Shown piece by piece: positions 19,243 through 27,334 of a stretch of 52,493 bases of DNA. This stretch comes from Nanobdellati archaeon (GTDB taxonomy: Archaea > Nanobdellota > Nanobdellia > UBA10117): NCBI GenBank assembly GCA_016204275.1, contig JACQKZ010000014.1:1-52493 (forward strand), in the 5' to 3' direction. Made by a program: the position numbers and the translations under genes. Within the stretch, counting starts at the first letter, position 1, and each line of letters starts with the position of its first letter. The notes below the pieces were generated by a model. The model was not told where the DNA came from, did not search any database, and worked only from the letters and a program-made list of their open reading frames with translations.

Positions 19243-20052
19243 TTATTTTTTGGTACTCTTTTCTTTCTTCTTTTTCTCAACCAATGCCTGCAATTCTTTA
19301 ATGTTCGCGGTGAACTGTGGCATTACAGTCTGAAAAATTTTCTGCATCGCTTTTAATTCTGTGCTGACATCCGAAATTCCCTTTGAGTACTCATCCATTC
19401 GCGCCATGACTGATTTTTCGATGTTGTCCATCTTTGCGCGCAGCTTATCAGATTCATCGACAAGCCAGTTCATTTTTCCCTCAGCATCCTCGCGCCACTT
19501 TTGCGCAGACTCAAAATCTTTTTTGAACTTCGACCATTTTTCCGCGATTATTGATTCTGAAATCTGTTGTATGTCCTCAGTTAGAAGTGTGATAACTTCA
19601 TCCCTATGTTGTTCCTGCATATTTGGAGGTGGCGGCGGCCTTGGCATGCCCGGCGGAATCTGCGGCATACCCTGCTGAGATTCAAAGCCAGCCCCCTGTG
19701 CAAAATCGTAACCTTGTAATTCCGCAAGAATTGTATCTGCCGGATAGCCCTCTACTTTTAATCGCGATGCTATTTGATTATTATTCATGCCCTGCCCGCG
19801 CAGCTCTGAAATCCTCTGATGGATTGGCGGCATCGCAGGATTTGGTATGAAGATTGGTGTTTGCGGAATTTGCCAGACTGGTGGAACTGGCGGCTCTAAA
19901 CTATCTTGGGGCGGGCCCATCGGCTCGCCAGAATCACTGGGCTGCTGGCCAAACATAGGCGGCGGCAGTATTGGTGGCAGGCCAGGCGGGGGCGGCGGAA
20001 TGCCCAGCGGGTATTCATCATCTTTTTTCTTTTTGTTTCCAAAAAGCGCCAT
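19243..20052 (-). CDS. Pro-rich, small helical domain and coiled-coil protein
   Basis: Likely start MALFGNKKK overlapping the upstream stop (TAATG); poly-Pro; ISESIIAEKW coiled-coil. Confidence 0.75.
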   Translation of the reverse strand: MALFGNKKKKDDEYPLGIPPPPPGLPPILPPPMFGQQPSDSGEPMGPPQDSLEPPVPPVWQIPQTPIFIPNPAMPPIHQRISELRGQGMNNNQIASRLKVEGYPADTILAELQGYDFAQGAGFESQQGMPQIPPGMPRPPPPPNMQEQHRDEVITLLTEDIQQISESIIAEKWSKFKKDFESAQKWREDAEGKMNWLVDESDKLRAKMDNIEKSVMARMDEYSKGISDVSTELKAMQKIFQTVMPQFTANIKELQALVEKKKKEKSTKK

Positions 20053-20543
20053 TACTCTTTCACCTTCACTTTCAGGTCTGTTAAAATATTTCTTACTACT
20101 GTTTCTATCTCGCTTCTGGTTACAAAATTCATCGGCTGCCACATGCTCACATATCTTTCCAAAATTTTTACTTCTTCCCGCGAGGCAAGCTCCTCGAGCC
20201 GCTTGGCCAGCCTTTCAGTAATATCTTTCAGCGCGTCAAAATCACCGCGCAATGCCTGAACGCTGCTTTCAGTTTCCTTTACTTCGTCAACAACAGCTTT
20301 ATGTTTTTCAATTAGCGAGTTGTCCAGCAATTCGATATGCCCGCGCAGCGATTCAATCCTGTCTTCGATAAGTTTTAGCCTGGCAGAAAGTGAGGATAGC
20401 TGCCCGCGCAGCTCGGTTTTAATTGCGTTCACGTCTGCCTGTGGCTTCTGCTGGAACTGTGCAAGCAAGGGCGGTGGCTGGCTCGGCGGCTGAAACGAAG
20501 AAGGATAGGGCTGCATCTGCTGCTGCATACTAAATTCGGCCAT
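20052..20543 (-). CDS. coiled-coil protein
   Basis: Q/P-rich N-terminus, heptad coiled coil, ASREEVKILERYVSMWQPMNFVTR C-terminal motif. Confidence 0.75.
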   Translation of the reverse strand: MAEFSMQQQMQPYPSSFQPPSQPPPLLAQFQQKPQADVNAIKTELRGQLSSLSARLKLIEDRIESLRGHIELLDNSLIEKHKAVVDEVKETESSVQALRGDFDALKDITERLAKRLEELASREEVKILERYVSMWQPMNFVTRSEIETVVRNILTDLKVKVKE

Positions 20544-20652
20544 GTTTATACATTTATGGCTGAATATAAAAAGCTATTGGAGTGTTGAGGCGCAGAATAA
20601 CAGTTCAGCGTTAGCTACTAAAACTTTTAAACAGGCTTGTACAATAGTAATC

Positions 20653-22935
20653 ATGGCCACTGATCAAAAGCCAGAGCCAGCGCAGTACAAGCTAGCCCAC
20701 GAAGGTTCAGATCGTGTGCTAAAGTTTGATTACGAAGCTGAAACCCGTGCGCCTTCAATAGAAGACGATGAAGTTACGATGACGCGCGTGTTTGATGCGC
20801 TGCTCGAGGCTGGCGATGTAACCCGTGTTTCTTTTTTACAGCGCGAGGAATTTTCATACGATTATTCGCAGATAAAACTTTTATCAGAGCTTGCAAGGAT
20901 TTATAAAAAATTAGTAGATGAAGAAAATATTCTTGACATAAGCGGGCTGACTGGCCCCGAGTGCGAGCGCTTCTACCCTGGCTGGCTGGATTTTCTCAGG
21001 CATAATGTTTTGTTGGGCATAAAATCAGATCCAGTTGGATCTTTTGTAAATATAAAGAGGCAAATCAGGGAAGAATTATTAAAGCAAAGGAATCCGCCGC
21101 TTCCAGAGTACTCTGCCTGCGGCCGCACTTATTTAATTTTGTTACAGCATGCCGCAGACATAATGGAAACATCAAAGCTGATACAAATTGCTGAGCCAAA
21201 TCTCGATGGCTATGTTCCGGGAAACAGGGATATTTACAGGAAGGTATTCAAGCCGTCCATCCGACCGTTATTTATGTATACAAAAGCAGTTACAAACTAC
21301 CCTGCGGGCGCAGTGGAGCTAGAAACATATAAAGTCGGCGAGGACTCGCAGGTTTTGATACTCAAAACACCGCACGATATCCGCCCGATTTATCATCTGT
21401 CTCCGCCGGAATTCGGGCTGACTGAAGATAAGTATGCCCTTCTCACAGAAGCCAAGGCAGTTTTGTCAGAACACAAGCCCCAGCGCGAGGAGTTTCTTCA
21501 AATAGAAAGAACAAGGGAAATTTTCTTCAACATCTCCCGCGATCTGATAAAAGACCTTGCGCGTTCCAAGGGATTGAAATTAAATTACCATGAAATAGAA
21601 GAGCTGGCCCGCATACTCGTTCGCTATACAATTGGCTTTGGCCTGATAGAAATTTTGCTTACAGATTCAAATATACAGGATATTTCGCTGAATGCGCCAG
21701 TTGGTTCATCGCCAATATCAATTATTCACGCGAATTACGGGGAATGCAGGACAAATATAGTGCCAGCACACCGCGAGTCTGAGAGCTGGGCAACAAAGCT
21801 TAGGCTGATTTCTGGCAGGCCGTTTGACGAGGCAAATCCTGTTTTAGACACCGAACTTTTAGTTCCCGGCGGGCGTGCAAGGGTTGCGGCAATTCAGCAG
21901 CCGCTTTCGCCATCAGGCATCGCGTTTGCGTTCCGAAGGCACAGGGAAAAGCCGTGGACGCTTCCGTTATTCATGCAGCAGAAAATGCTCACGCCGCTTG
22001 CAGCCGGCTTGATCAGCTTTTTAGTGGACAATGCAAGGACTATGTTAATCGCAGGAACAAGAAGTGCCGGAAAAACATCACTGCTTGGCGCGCTGATGAT
22101 CGAGATCATGCGGTCAAATAGAATTCTGACTGTAGAGGATACGCTGGAACTTCCGATTGCACAGATGAAGAAACTTAATTATGATATACAATCTATGAAG
22201 GCCCGCTCGGTAATCACTGGCTCGGAAGCTGAATTGCCAGCAGAGCAGGCCATCAGGACCGCATTGCGCCTTGGCGATTCCGCGCTGATAATCGGCGAGG
22301 TCCGTTCGGTCGAGGCCCGCGCGTTGTTTGAAGCGATGCGTGTAGGCGCCCTCGCGAAGGTTGTTGCCGGAACAATTCACGGCGATTCGCCCTACTCTGT
22401 TTTCGATCGCGTAGTTAACGACCTTGGTGTGCCAAAAACAAGTTTTAAGGCGACAGATATTATAATTGTTGCGAATCCAGTTACAGATCCATCTGGCCTG
22501 CGCTCATTCCGCAGGCTTGTGCAGGTTGCTGAGGTGCGAAAGCACTGGACTGAAGATCCATTGGCGGAAAAGGGCTTTGCTGACCTGATGACTTACGATG
22601 CAAAAAACGATTTGCTGGCCCCAACAGACGTTTTGCTGGAGGGCGAGTCAGAAGTCCTGAAATCCGCTGGCCTGCACGTGAAGGAGTTTGCAGGCAACTG
22701 GGACAGCATCTGGAAAAATATAGAACTGCGGGCAAAGGTAAAGCAGGCAATCCTTGACATTTCTGAAAAGGCAGGCAACCCGGACCTGCTTGAAGCCCCG
22801 TTTGTTGTAAAGGCAAATGACCAGTTTCACATTATTTCTGACAAGGTCGCGCAGGAAGTCGGCACGACAGAAGCGGACAGGGTTTTCGCAATCTGGAATG
22901 ACTGGCTGAAGCAGGAAGTTAAACGGCACTTTTAA
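20653..22935 (+). CDS. type IV pilus/secretion ATPase (PilB/ArlI/VirB11 family) with long N-terminal extension
   Basis: Walker A GTRSAGKTS, Asp box TVEDTLEL, Walker B LIIGEVR, His box GTIHG. Confidence 0.92.
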   Translation: MATDQKPEPAQYKLAHEGSDRVLKFDYEAETRAPSIEDDEVTMTRVFDALLEAGDVTRVSFLQREEFSYDYSQIKLLSELARIYKKLVDEENILDISGLTGPECERFYPGWLDFLRHNVLLGIKSDPVGSFVNIKRQIREELLKQRNPPLPEYSACGRTYLILLQHAADIMETSKLIQIAEPNLDGYVPGNRDIYRKVFKPSIRPLFMYTKAVTNYPAGAVELETYKVGEDSQVLILKTPHDIRPIYHLSPPEFGLTEDKYALLTEAKAVLSEHKPQREEFLQIERTREIFFNISRDLIKDLARSKGLKLNYHEIEELARILVRYTIGFGLIEILLTDSNIQDISLNAPVGSSPISIIHANYGECRTNIVPAHRESESWATKLRLISGRPFDEANPVLDTELLVPGGRARVAAIQQPLSPSGIAFAFRRHREKPWTLPLFMQQKMLTPLAAGLISFLVDNARTMLIAGTRSAGKTSLLGALMIEIMRSNRILTVEDTLELPIAQMKKLNYDIQSMKARSVITGSEAELPAEQAIRTALRLGDSALIIGEVRSVEARALFEAMRVGALAKVVAGTIHGDSPYSVFDRVVNDLGVPKTSFKATDIIIVANPVTDPSGLRSFRRLVQVAEVRKHWTEDPLAEKGFADLMTYDAKNDLLAPTDVLLEGESEVLKSAGLHVKEFAGNWDSIWKNIELRAKVKQAILDISEKAGNPDLLEAPFVVKANDQFHIISDKVAQEVGTTEADRVFAIWNDWLKQEVKRHF

Positions 22936-23044
22936 AATAAGTTGCATTGCGTAGCAATGCGACACGGGGGATTGGAAGTGACTAAGAACGAAGGGGGCGG
23001 AGCCCCCTTGGGTCTTAGGGCTGAAGATGGAAGTTAAACGGCAC
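22904..23044. mobile_element. hairpin-rich insert flanked by 26-bp direct repeats
   Basis: GGCTGAAG(CA/AT)GGAAGTTAAACGGCAC at 22904 and 23019; hairpin GTTGCATTGCGTAGCAATGCGAC at 22941. Confidence 0.65.
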
Positions 23045-23060
23045 GCTAACCAAAACCTTT

Positions 23061-23105
23061 AAAAGTAACTAAAATATACTTTTTGTTACTAAAAGTTACT
23101 TAAAA
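23061..23105 (+). promoter_or_regulatory. putative operator with GTAACT/GTTACT repeats
   Basis: AAAAGTAACTAAAA...TTTTGTTACTAAAAGTTACTTAAAA between the TATA box and the ATG of an RHH-like gene. Confidence 0.45.
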
Positions 23106-23354
23106 ATGCACAGCATCAAAAAAGAACTCGCGCGCGAAGCCAAAAAAATAGCAAAAGCATTTGGACAGCCAGAAATATCGGCCAAGCCAGTCAAATTAGA
23201 TGTCGAGCTTTACAATGAAATAGTAAAAATTATATCAAAAAAAGATTTTAAGTACCGCTATACGAGCATATCCGCATTTGTGAATGAAGCAGTTTATGAA
23301 AAAACAAAATCCTTAAACGAGGCAGGAACAAAACTAAAGATGGCAAAATTATAA
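23106..23354 (+). CDS. ribbon-helix-helix-like DNA-binding protein
   Basis: VKLDVELYNEI...YTSISAFVNEAVYEK pattern. Confidence 0.65.
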   Translation: MHSIKKELAREAKKIAKAFGQPEISAKPVKLDVELYNEIVKIISKKDFKYRYTSISAFVNEAVYEKTKSLNEAGTKLKMAKL

Positions 23355-25453
23355 TGGTAGATTCCGCGCTAGTTGAAAAATATCGGGCGAAGATTGAGAG
23401 CCAGCTCGAGCTAGGTGAAAAATTTGAGGACATGTCTTACTCGCGCGAATACGAATTATTTAAGGATGAACAGTACCCGAAGGCTACGCAGTTTTACGAA
23501 AAGCTCTGCCAGAAATCCGCGCAAATCATTAAGATTCAGGTCGCGCCGAAGGACGCGGAAAAAGTAGCTCCGGCGATACAGCTTGCCCACCTAAATGTTA
23601 CTCCAGAGGGCGTTTACTCCTTCGCGTATCTAGTAACATTTATTTCTATCGCGGCTTTTATGATTCTCGGCATAGTATTTTTTAATTTGTTTGTTATGCT
23701 GATTGGTTTGTTAGTTAGTTTAGCAGTCCTTTTCCTGCTGCCGACAATTCCAAAGCAGATTCTTACAAGCTGGCGGGCCCGCGCATCTGACCAGCTGGTT
23801 TTGGCGGTTCTTTACATAGTTATTTACATGCAGCACACCGCAAACCTTGAGCGCGCGCTTAAATTTGTGGCAGAACATATGCCTCCGCCGATTTCACTGG
23901 ATTTTACAAAACTGCTCTGGGATATGGAACTGAAAACTTACGAAAGCGCACAGAAGGCGCTGATCGCTTACGCAGAGACGTGGCGCGGCTGGGACAATGA
24001 ATTTATTGATTCTGTAAATTTAATAGTCGGCTCGCTTTATGAGCCTGACCCGCAAAGGAAGAAAGAGCTTCTCGACCAGTCTGTGACAGTTATTTTGGAT
24101 GGAACACAGGACCACATGCTGGCCTTTGCGCATAATTTGCAAAGCCCTATGGAAGCCCTGCACATGCTTGGCATAGTCCTTCCGGTTATGGGTATGGTAA
24201 TGCTGCCAATGATAGGCGCATTTTTGGGCGCGTCATTCCAAAGCTGGCAAATCATACTGCTCTACAATATTATTTTGCCATTGACTGTTTATGGAATCGG
24301 CACTTCTGTTCTTTCCACGAGGCCGGCTGGCTCTGACGAGTCAGATGTCTACAAATATATACAGCAGCAGTACGGCACGCCCAAGCCAGTAATTTTCGGA
24401 AAGGAGGTTAACATCTCGCCGAAGCTTCTCGCAGGCATACTTTTTGTGCTTAGCATGATTCCTGTATTTATTTATGTGGCAGGCATGGCACAGCTTACGC
24501 CGGAAAAACTTGATGATGTAATTTATGGCACGCCGCTGTTGTTCATCAGTATCTACTCTGTTGTTATGATTGGCCTGTGCATCGGCCTCTACTTCTACTG
24601 GTCTGTCGCGCCGCTCATGAAAATTAAGCACGATGTCGAAGATATGGAGCAGGAATTTGCCTCAACTATTTTCCAGCTTGGCGAGCGCCTGCAGGAACAC
24701 AAGCCGCCCGAGCAGGCAATCATGGACTTAGAAGAGACAATGCAGCAGAGCAAGGTAGCAAGTTTCTTTAACGTGATAGTAAGCAACATCACAAAACTCG
24801 GTGTAGGTTTAAGAGATGCAATTTTTAACGAGCGCTATGGCGCGATCGCGCTTTATCCGTCAGGCATAATCAAAAGCACGATGTCAATCTTAGTTGAGGG
24901 CGCGAAGAAAAGCCCAGAGGTTGCCGGCCGCTCACTAATAACAATCTCAACGTATTTGAAAACAGTCCACACAGTTACAGAGAGAATGAAGGACTTGCTT
25001 GCGGATACAACATCAGCAATGCAGTCGCAGGCAAAGATTTTTGTTCCAGTCATATCTGGAATTGTAGTCGGGCTTGCCTCACTTACAGTTGGCATACTCC
25101 GAAACCTGTCGCATCAGCTTCAGGCAATCGCCCCGGGCGGCGTTGAGGCAGGCGAATCAGCCGCACAGGTCAGCCAGACATCTGGCCTGCTGGACATATT
25201 CCAGACAAAGTTTGCCATCCCGCCCTACCTTTTCCAGTTAATCGTTGGCATTTATTTAATCCAGATAGTTTACCTACTGTCTTATTTGCTTTCGGGCGTA
25301 ATAAATGGCCATGACGAGATGGAGAAGCGCTACATGCTGGCCAAGAACTTGATATTCTCGACAATATTTTACGCAGTAATAACAGTAGCAGTCGTGCTGT
25401 TGTTCAATAACTTAGTGGCACCAATATCTAAAATAACATTTAACGAAGAGTAA
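23354..25453 (+). CDS. type IV pilus membrane platform protein (PilC/TadC/ArlJ-like)
   Basis: Two T2SSF-like halves (NLERAL; PPEQAI), about 8 TM, downstream of the ATPase. Confidence 0.82.
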   Translation: MVDSALVEKYRAKIESQLELGEKFEDMSYSREYELFKDEQYPKATQFYEKLCQKSAQIIKIQVAPKDAEKVAPAIQLAHLNVTPEGVYSFAYLVTFISIAAFMILGIVFFNLFVMLIGLLVSLAVLFLLPTIPKQILTSWRARASDQLVLAVLYIVIYMQHTANLERALKFVAEHMPPPISLDFTKLLWDMELKTYESAQKALIAYAETWRGWDNEFIDSVNLIVGSLYEPDPQRKKELLDQSVTVILDGTQDHMLAFAHNLQSPMEALHMLGIVLPVMGMVMLPMIGAFLGASFQSWQIILLYNIILPLTVYGIGTSVLSTRPAGSDESDVYKYIQQQYGTPKPVIFGKEVNISPKLLAGILFVLSMIPVFIYVAGMAQLTPEKLDDVIYGTPLLFISIYSVVMIGLCIGLYFYWSVAPLMKIKHDVEDMEQEFASTIFQLGERLQEHKPPEQAIMDLEETMQQSKVASFFNVIVSNITKLGVGLRDAIFNERYGAIALYPSGIIKSTMSILVEGAKKSPEVAGRSLITISTYLKTVHTVTERMKDLLADTTSAMQSQAKIFVPVISGIVVGLASLTVGILRNLSHQLQAIAPGGVEAGESAAQVSQTSGLLDIFQTKFAIPPYLFQLIVGIYLIQIVYLLSYLLSGVINGHDEMEKRYMLAKNLIFSTIFYAVITVAVVLLFNNLVAPISKITFNEE

Positions 25454-25474
25454 GAGATAGGTTTTTAACGTAAA

Positions 25475-25581
25475 TTAACGTAACGCAAGCCGAACTTTGT
25501 TCGGCTTTGGTTTCTTGGCCAAGAAAAATGCCGAAGCATTTTTCTCTGGAATATATGAATTTTTCTCGCGTTTACCGTAAC
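25475..25581. repeat. hairpin-rich element with imperfect 10-bp direct repeats
   Basis: TTA(A/C)CGTAAC flanks; AAGCCGAAC-TTT-GTTCGGCTT, GAAAAATGC-CGAA-GCATTTTTC. Confidence 0.6.
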
Positions 25582-25616
25582 AAAAACCTTAAATAGTATT
25601 TCGGAAAAATAATTTC

Positions 25617-25733
25617 ATGGGTTCTGAAGCAGGGTTCGAGTGGGCGGTGGAAAAATTATTAGTTCCAGCTATCGCAATCGGCCTGATGGCTGCAATTCTG
25701 CTTTACGTGCTTTTTCGCATTATTTATGCGTAA
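25617..25733 (+). CDS. 38-aa single-TM peptide (pilin-like)
   Basis: MGSEAGFEWAVEKLLVPAIAIGLMAAILLYVLFRIIYA; CTTAAATA box about 25 bp upstream. Confidence 0.5.
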   Translation: MGSEAGFEWAVEKLLVPAIAIGLMAAILLYVLFRIIYA

Positions 25734-25734
25734 G

Positions 25735-25864
25735 GCTTTGTTGAAAATGTTAAAATTATGACTGTCGCCGCCTTTTGAGTGTTGAGGCTTTAGCCTCAAC
25801 TGGCGGCGGCGAGCGAAGCGAGTAAGGCATAATTTTGACTAAGTTCGAAGACTTTCAACAAAGC
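25735..25864. mobile_element. MITE-like element
   Basis: 12-bp terminal inverted repeat GCTTTGTTGAAA/TTTCAACAAAGC, directly flanked by TATGC(G/A)TAAG direct repeats; internal hairpins. Confidence 0.65.
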
Positions 25865-25969
25865 TATGCATAAGCAAAGTTTTTTAAATACCCTATTCCT
25901 AAACTGTGTGGAGATAAGCTGGCCACATAAAGCGGAACATTCCGTTAGTGTTGCAGCTATGAGTTAAAA

Positions 25970-26449
25970 ATGGCAGCAAAAGCACAGGGTTTACCGATAA
26001 ATTTAATTATACTAGCGATTATAGCCGCATTGGTTTTAGTTTTAGTTGTTGCGTTTACAGTTGGCGGGGCAAGCAACATCTTCGGAAAAATCTCAAAAGG
26101 CAGCAAGGTAATCGGCGGAGACTTGGAAACAACAAGGGCGGCCTGCAAGTCCTTCTGCGACAGAATACAGTCTGTTTCAAGCATTGACGACTGGACAAAG
26201 AGCCAGTACTGTGTAAGATCTTTTGCGCTCGACTTGGACAGCGATGGAAAGTCAGGCGGGTTTGATGTAAATGGCGGCGCGCTGGACACGGGCAAGTTCA
26301 ACAAGGCAAAACAACAGGAAGCTGGCCTGAACTGCTGGGATTCCGCAGTCGCGGTCAACTGCCAGGTTGAAGTAAATTTCCCTGACGGCTCAGCAAAACT
26401 CTGCACACCAAAGGCAGGCGCGGCTTGCGATGCTAATCAATGTGTATAG
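25970..26449 (+). CDS. type IV pilin
   Basis: Class III signal KAQGLPINLIILAII...; Cys-rich head with DLDSDG. Confidence 0.85.
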   Translation: MAAKAQGLPINLIILAIIAALVLVLVVAFTVGGASNIFGKISKGSKVIGGDLETTRAACKSFCDRIQSVSSIDDWTKSQYCVRSFALDLDSDGKSGGFDVNGGALDTGKFNKAKQQEAGLNCWDSAVAVNCQVEVNFPDGSAKLCTPKAGAACDANQCV

Positions 26450-26453
26450 AGGT

Positions 26454-26876
26454 ATGACAATGAAAAATAAACTACCACGAAAGGCACAGGGCTTGCCCCT
26501 GACAACAATCGCAATAGCTATTTTGGTCTTTTTGACCTTAGTTGTAGTCGTTCTGTTCGCGACAGGCTCTTTTGGAAAGCTGTTCGGAACAGGAGCAAAG
26601 CTGACCAGCGCGGCCGGCGGCGAGGTCGGCGCGGACCAAGCTACATGTAACTCACTCTGCTCAAGTTCACTACAATTGCCAAGCACAGCTAATTTCATAG
26701 CGGGCGGTTACTGCACTAAAGCTATGAAGTATGATACCAATAAAGACGGCAAAATAGATATTAACGACGGCGGTGGCGATGGTGTAGTAAGATGCTGGGA
26801 GGACCCAGTTGCAATAACTTGCTCCGGAACGCTAGGTTCTGGCGATGCAGTGTCTAATGCAAACTGCCCGCCATAA
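26454..26876 (+). CDS. type IV pilin
   Basis: RKAQGLPLTTIAIAIL...; paralog of its neighbours. Confidence 0.85.
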   Translation: MTMKNKLPRKAQGLPLTTIAIAILVFLTLVVVVLFATGSFGKLFGTGAKLTSAAGGEVGADQATCNSLCSSSLQLPSTANFIAGGYCTKAMKYDTNKDGKIDINDGGGDGVVRCWEDPVAITCSGTLGSGDAVSNANCPP

Positions 26877-26879
26877 AAT

Positions 26880-27290
26880 ATGTCTAATAAAGCGCAGGGC
26901 CTGCCATTGACAACAATTGCGATAGCTATACTAGTAATCTTGACTTTGGTGGTTGTCGCGTTGTTTGTGACTGGCGGGTTTTCTAAAGTTTTTGGCGTAG
27001 GTGCAAAAGTCACAAGCGGCGGGGCAGGCAGTGTAGATGCAGACAGGGCAGCCTGCCAGTCGCTATGTGCGCAGGCACTCAATTCGCCAACACTAGTGCT
27101 ATTCAAGAATTCTGGTTACTGCAAAAAAGTTTTGAAAGCTGATCTGAATCTTGATGGTAAAATAGATGCAACAGTAACTGAAGGAGTTACAGAAAACAAT
27201 TTCCGTTGCTGGGATGCGGCATCAACGTATCCTGTTGGTATAACGTGCCTTGGAACATTGCCTAATGGTGAGGTTTCGAGTTGTATTTGA
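26880..27290 (+). CDS. type IV pilin
   Basis: NKAQGLPLTTIAIAIL...; paralog of its neighbours. Confidence 0.85.
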   Translation: MSNKAQGLPLTTIAIAILVILTLVVVALFVTGGFSKVFGVGAKVTSGGAGSVDADRAACQSLCAQALNSPTLVLFKNSGYCKKVLKADLNLDGKIDATVTEGVTENNFRCWDAASTYPVGITCLGTLPNGEVSSCI

Positions 27291-27334
27291 TGTTAGGGCA
27301 AAACAATTATAAACTTCATTTCTCTTTTATTTTC

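Noticed and set aside
20653-25453. Archaellum (arlI/arlJ) operon
   Set aside because: No arlH, arlF/G or archaellin-like genes adjacent; the pilins are of other types
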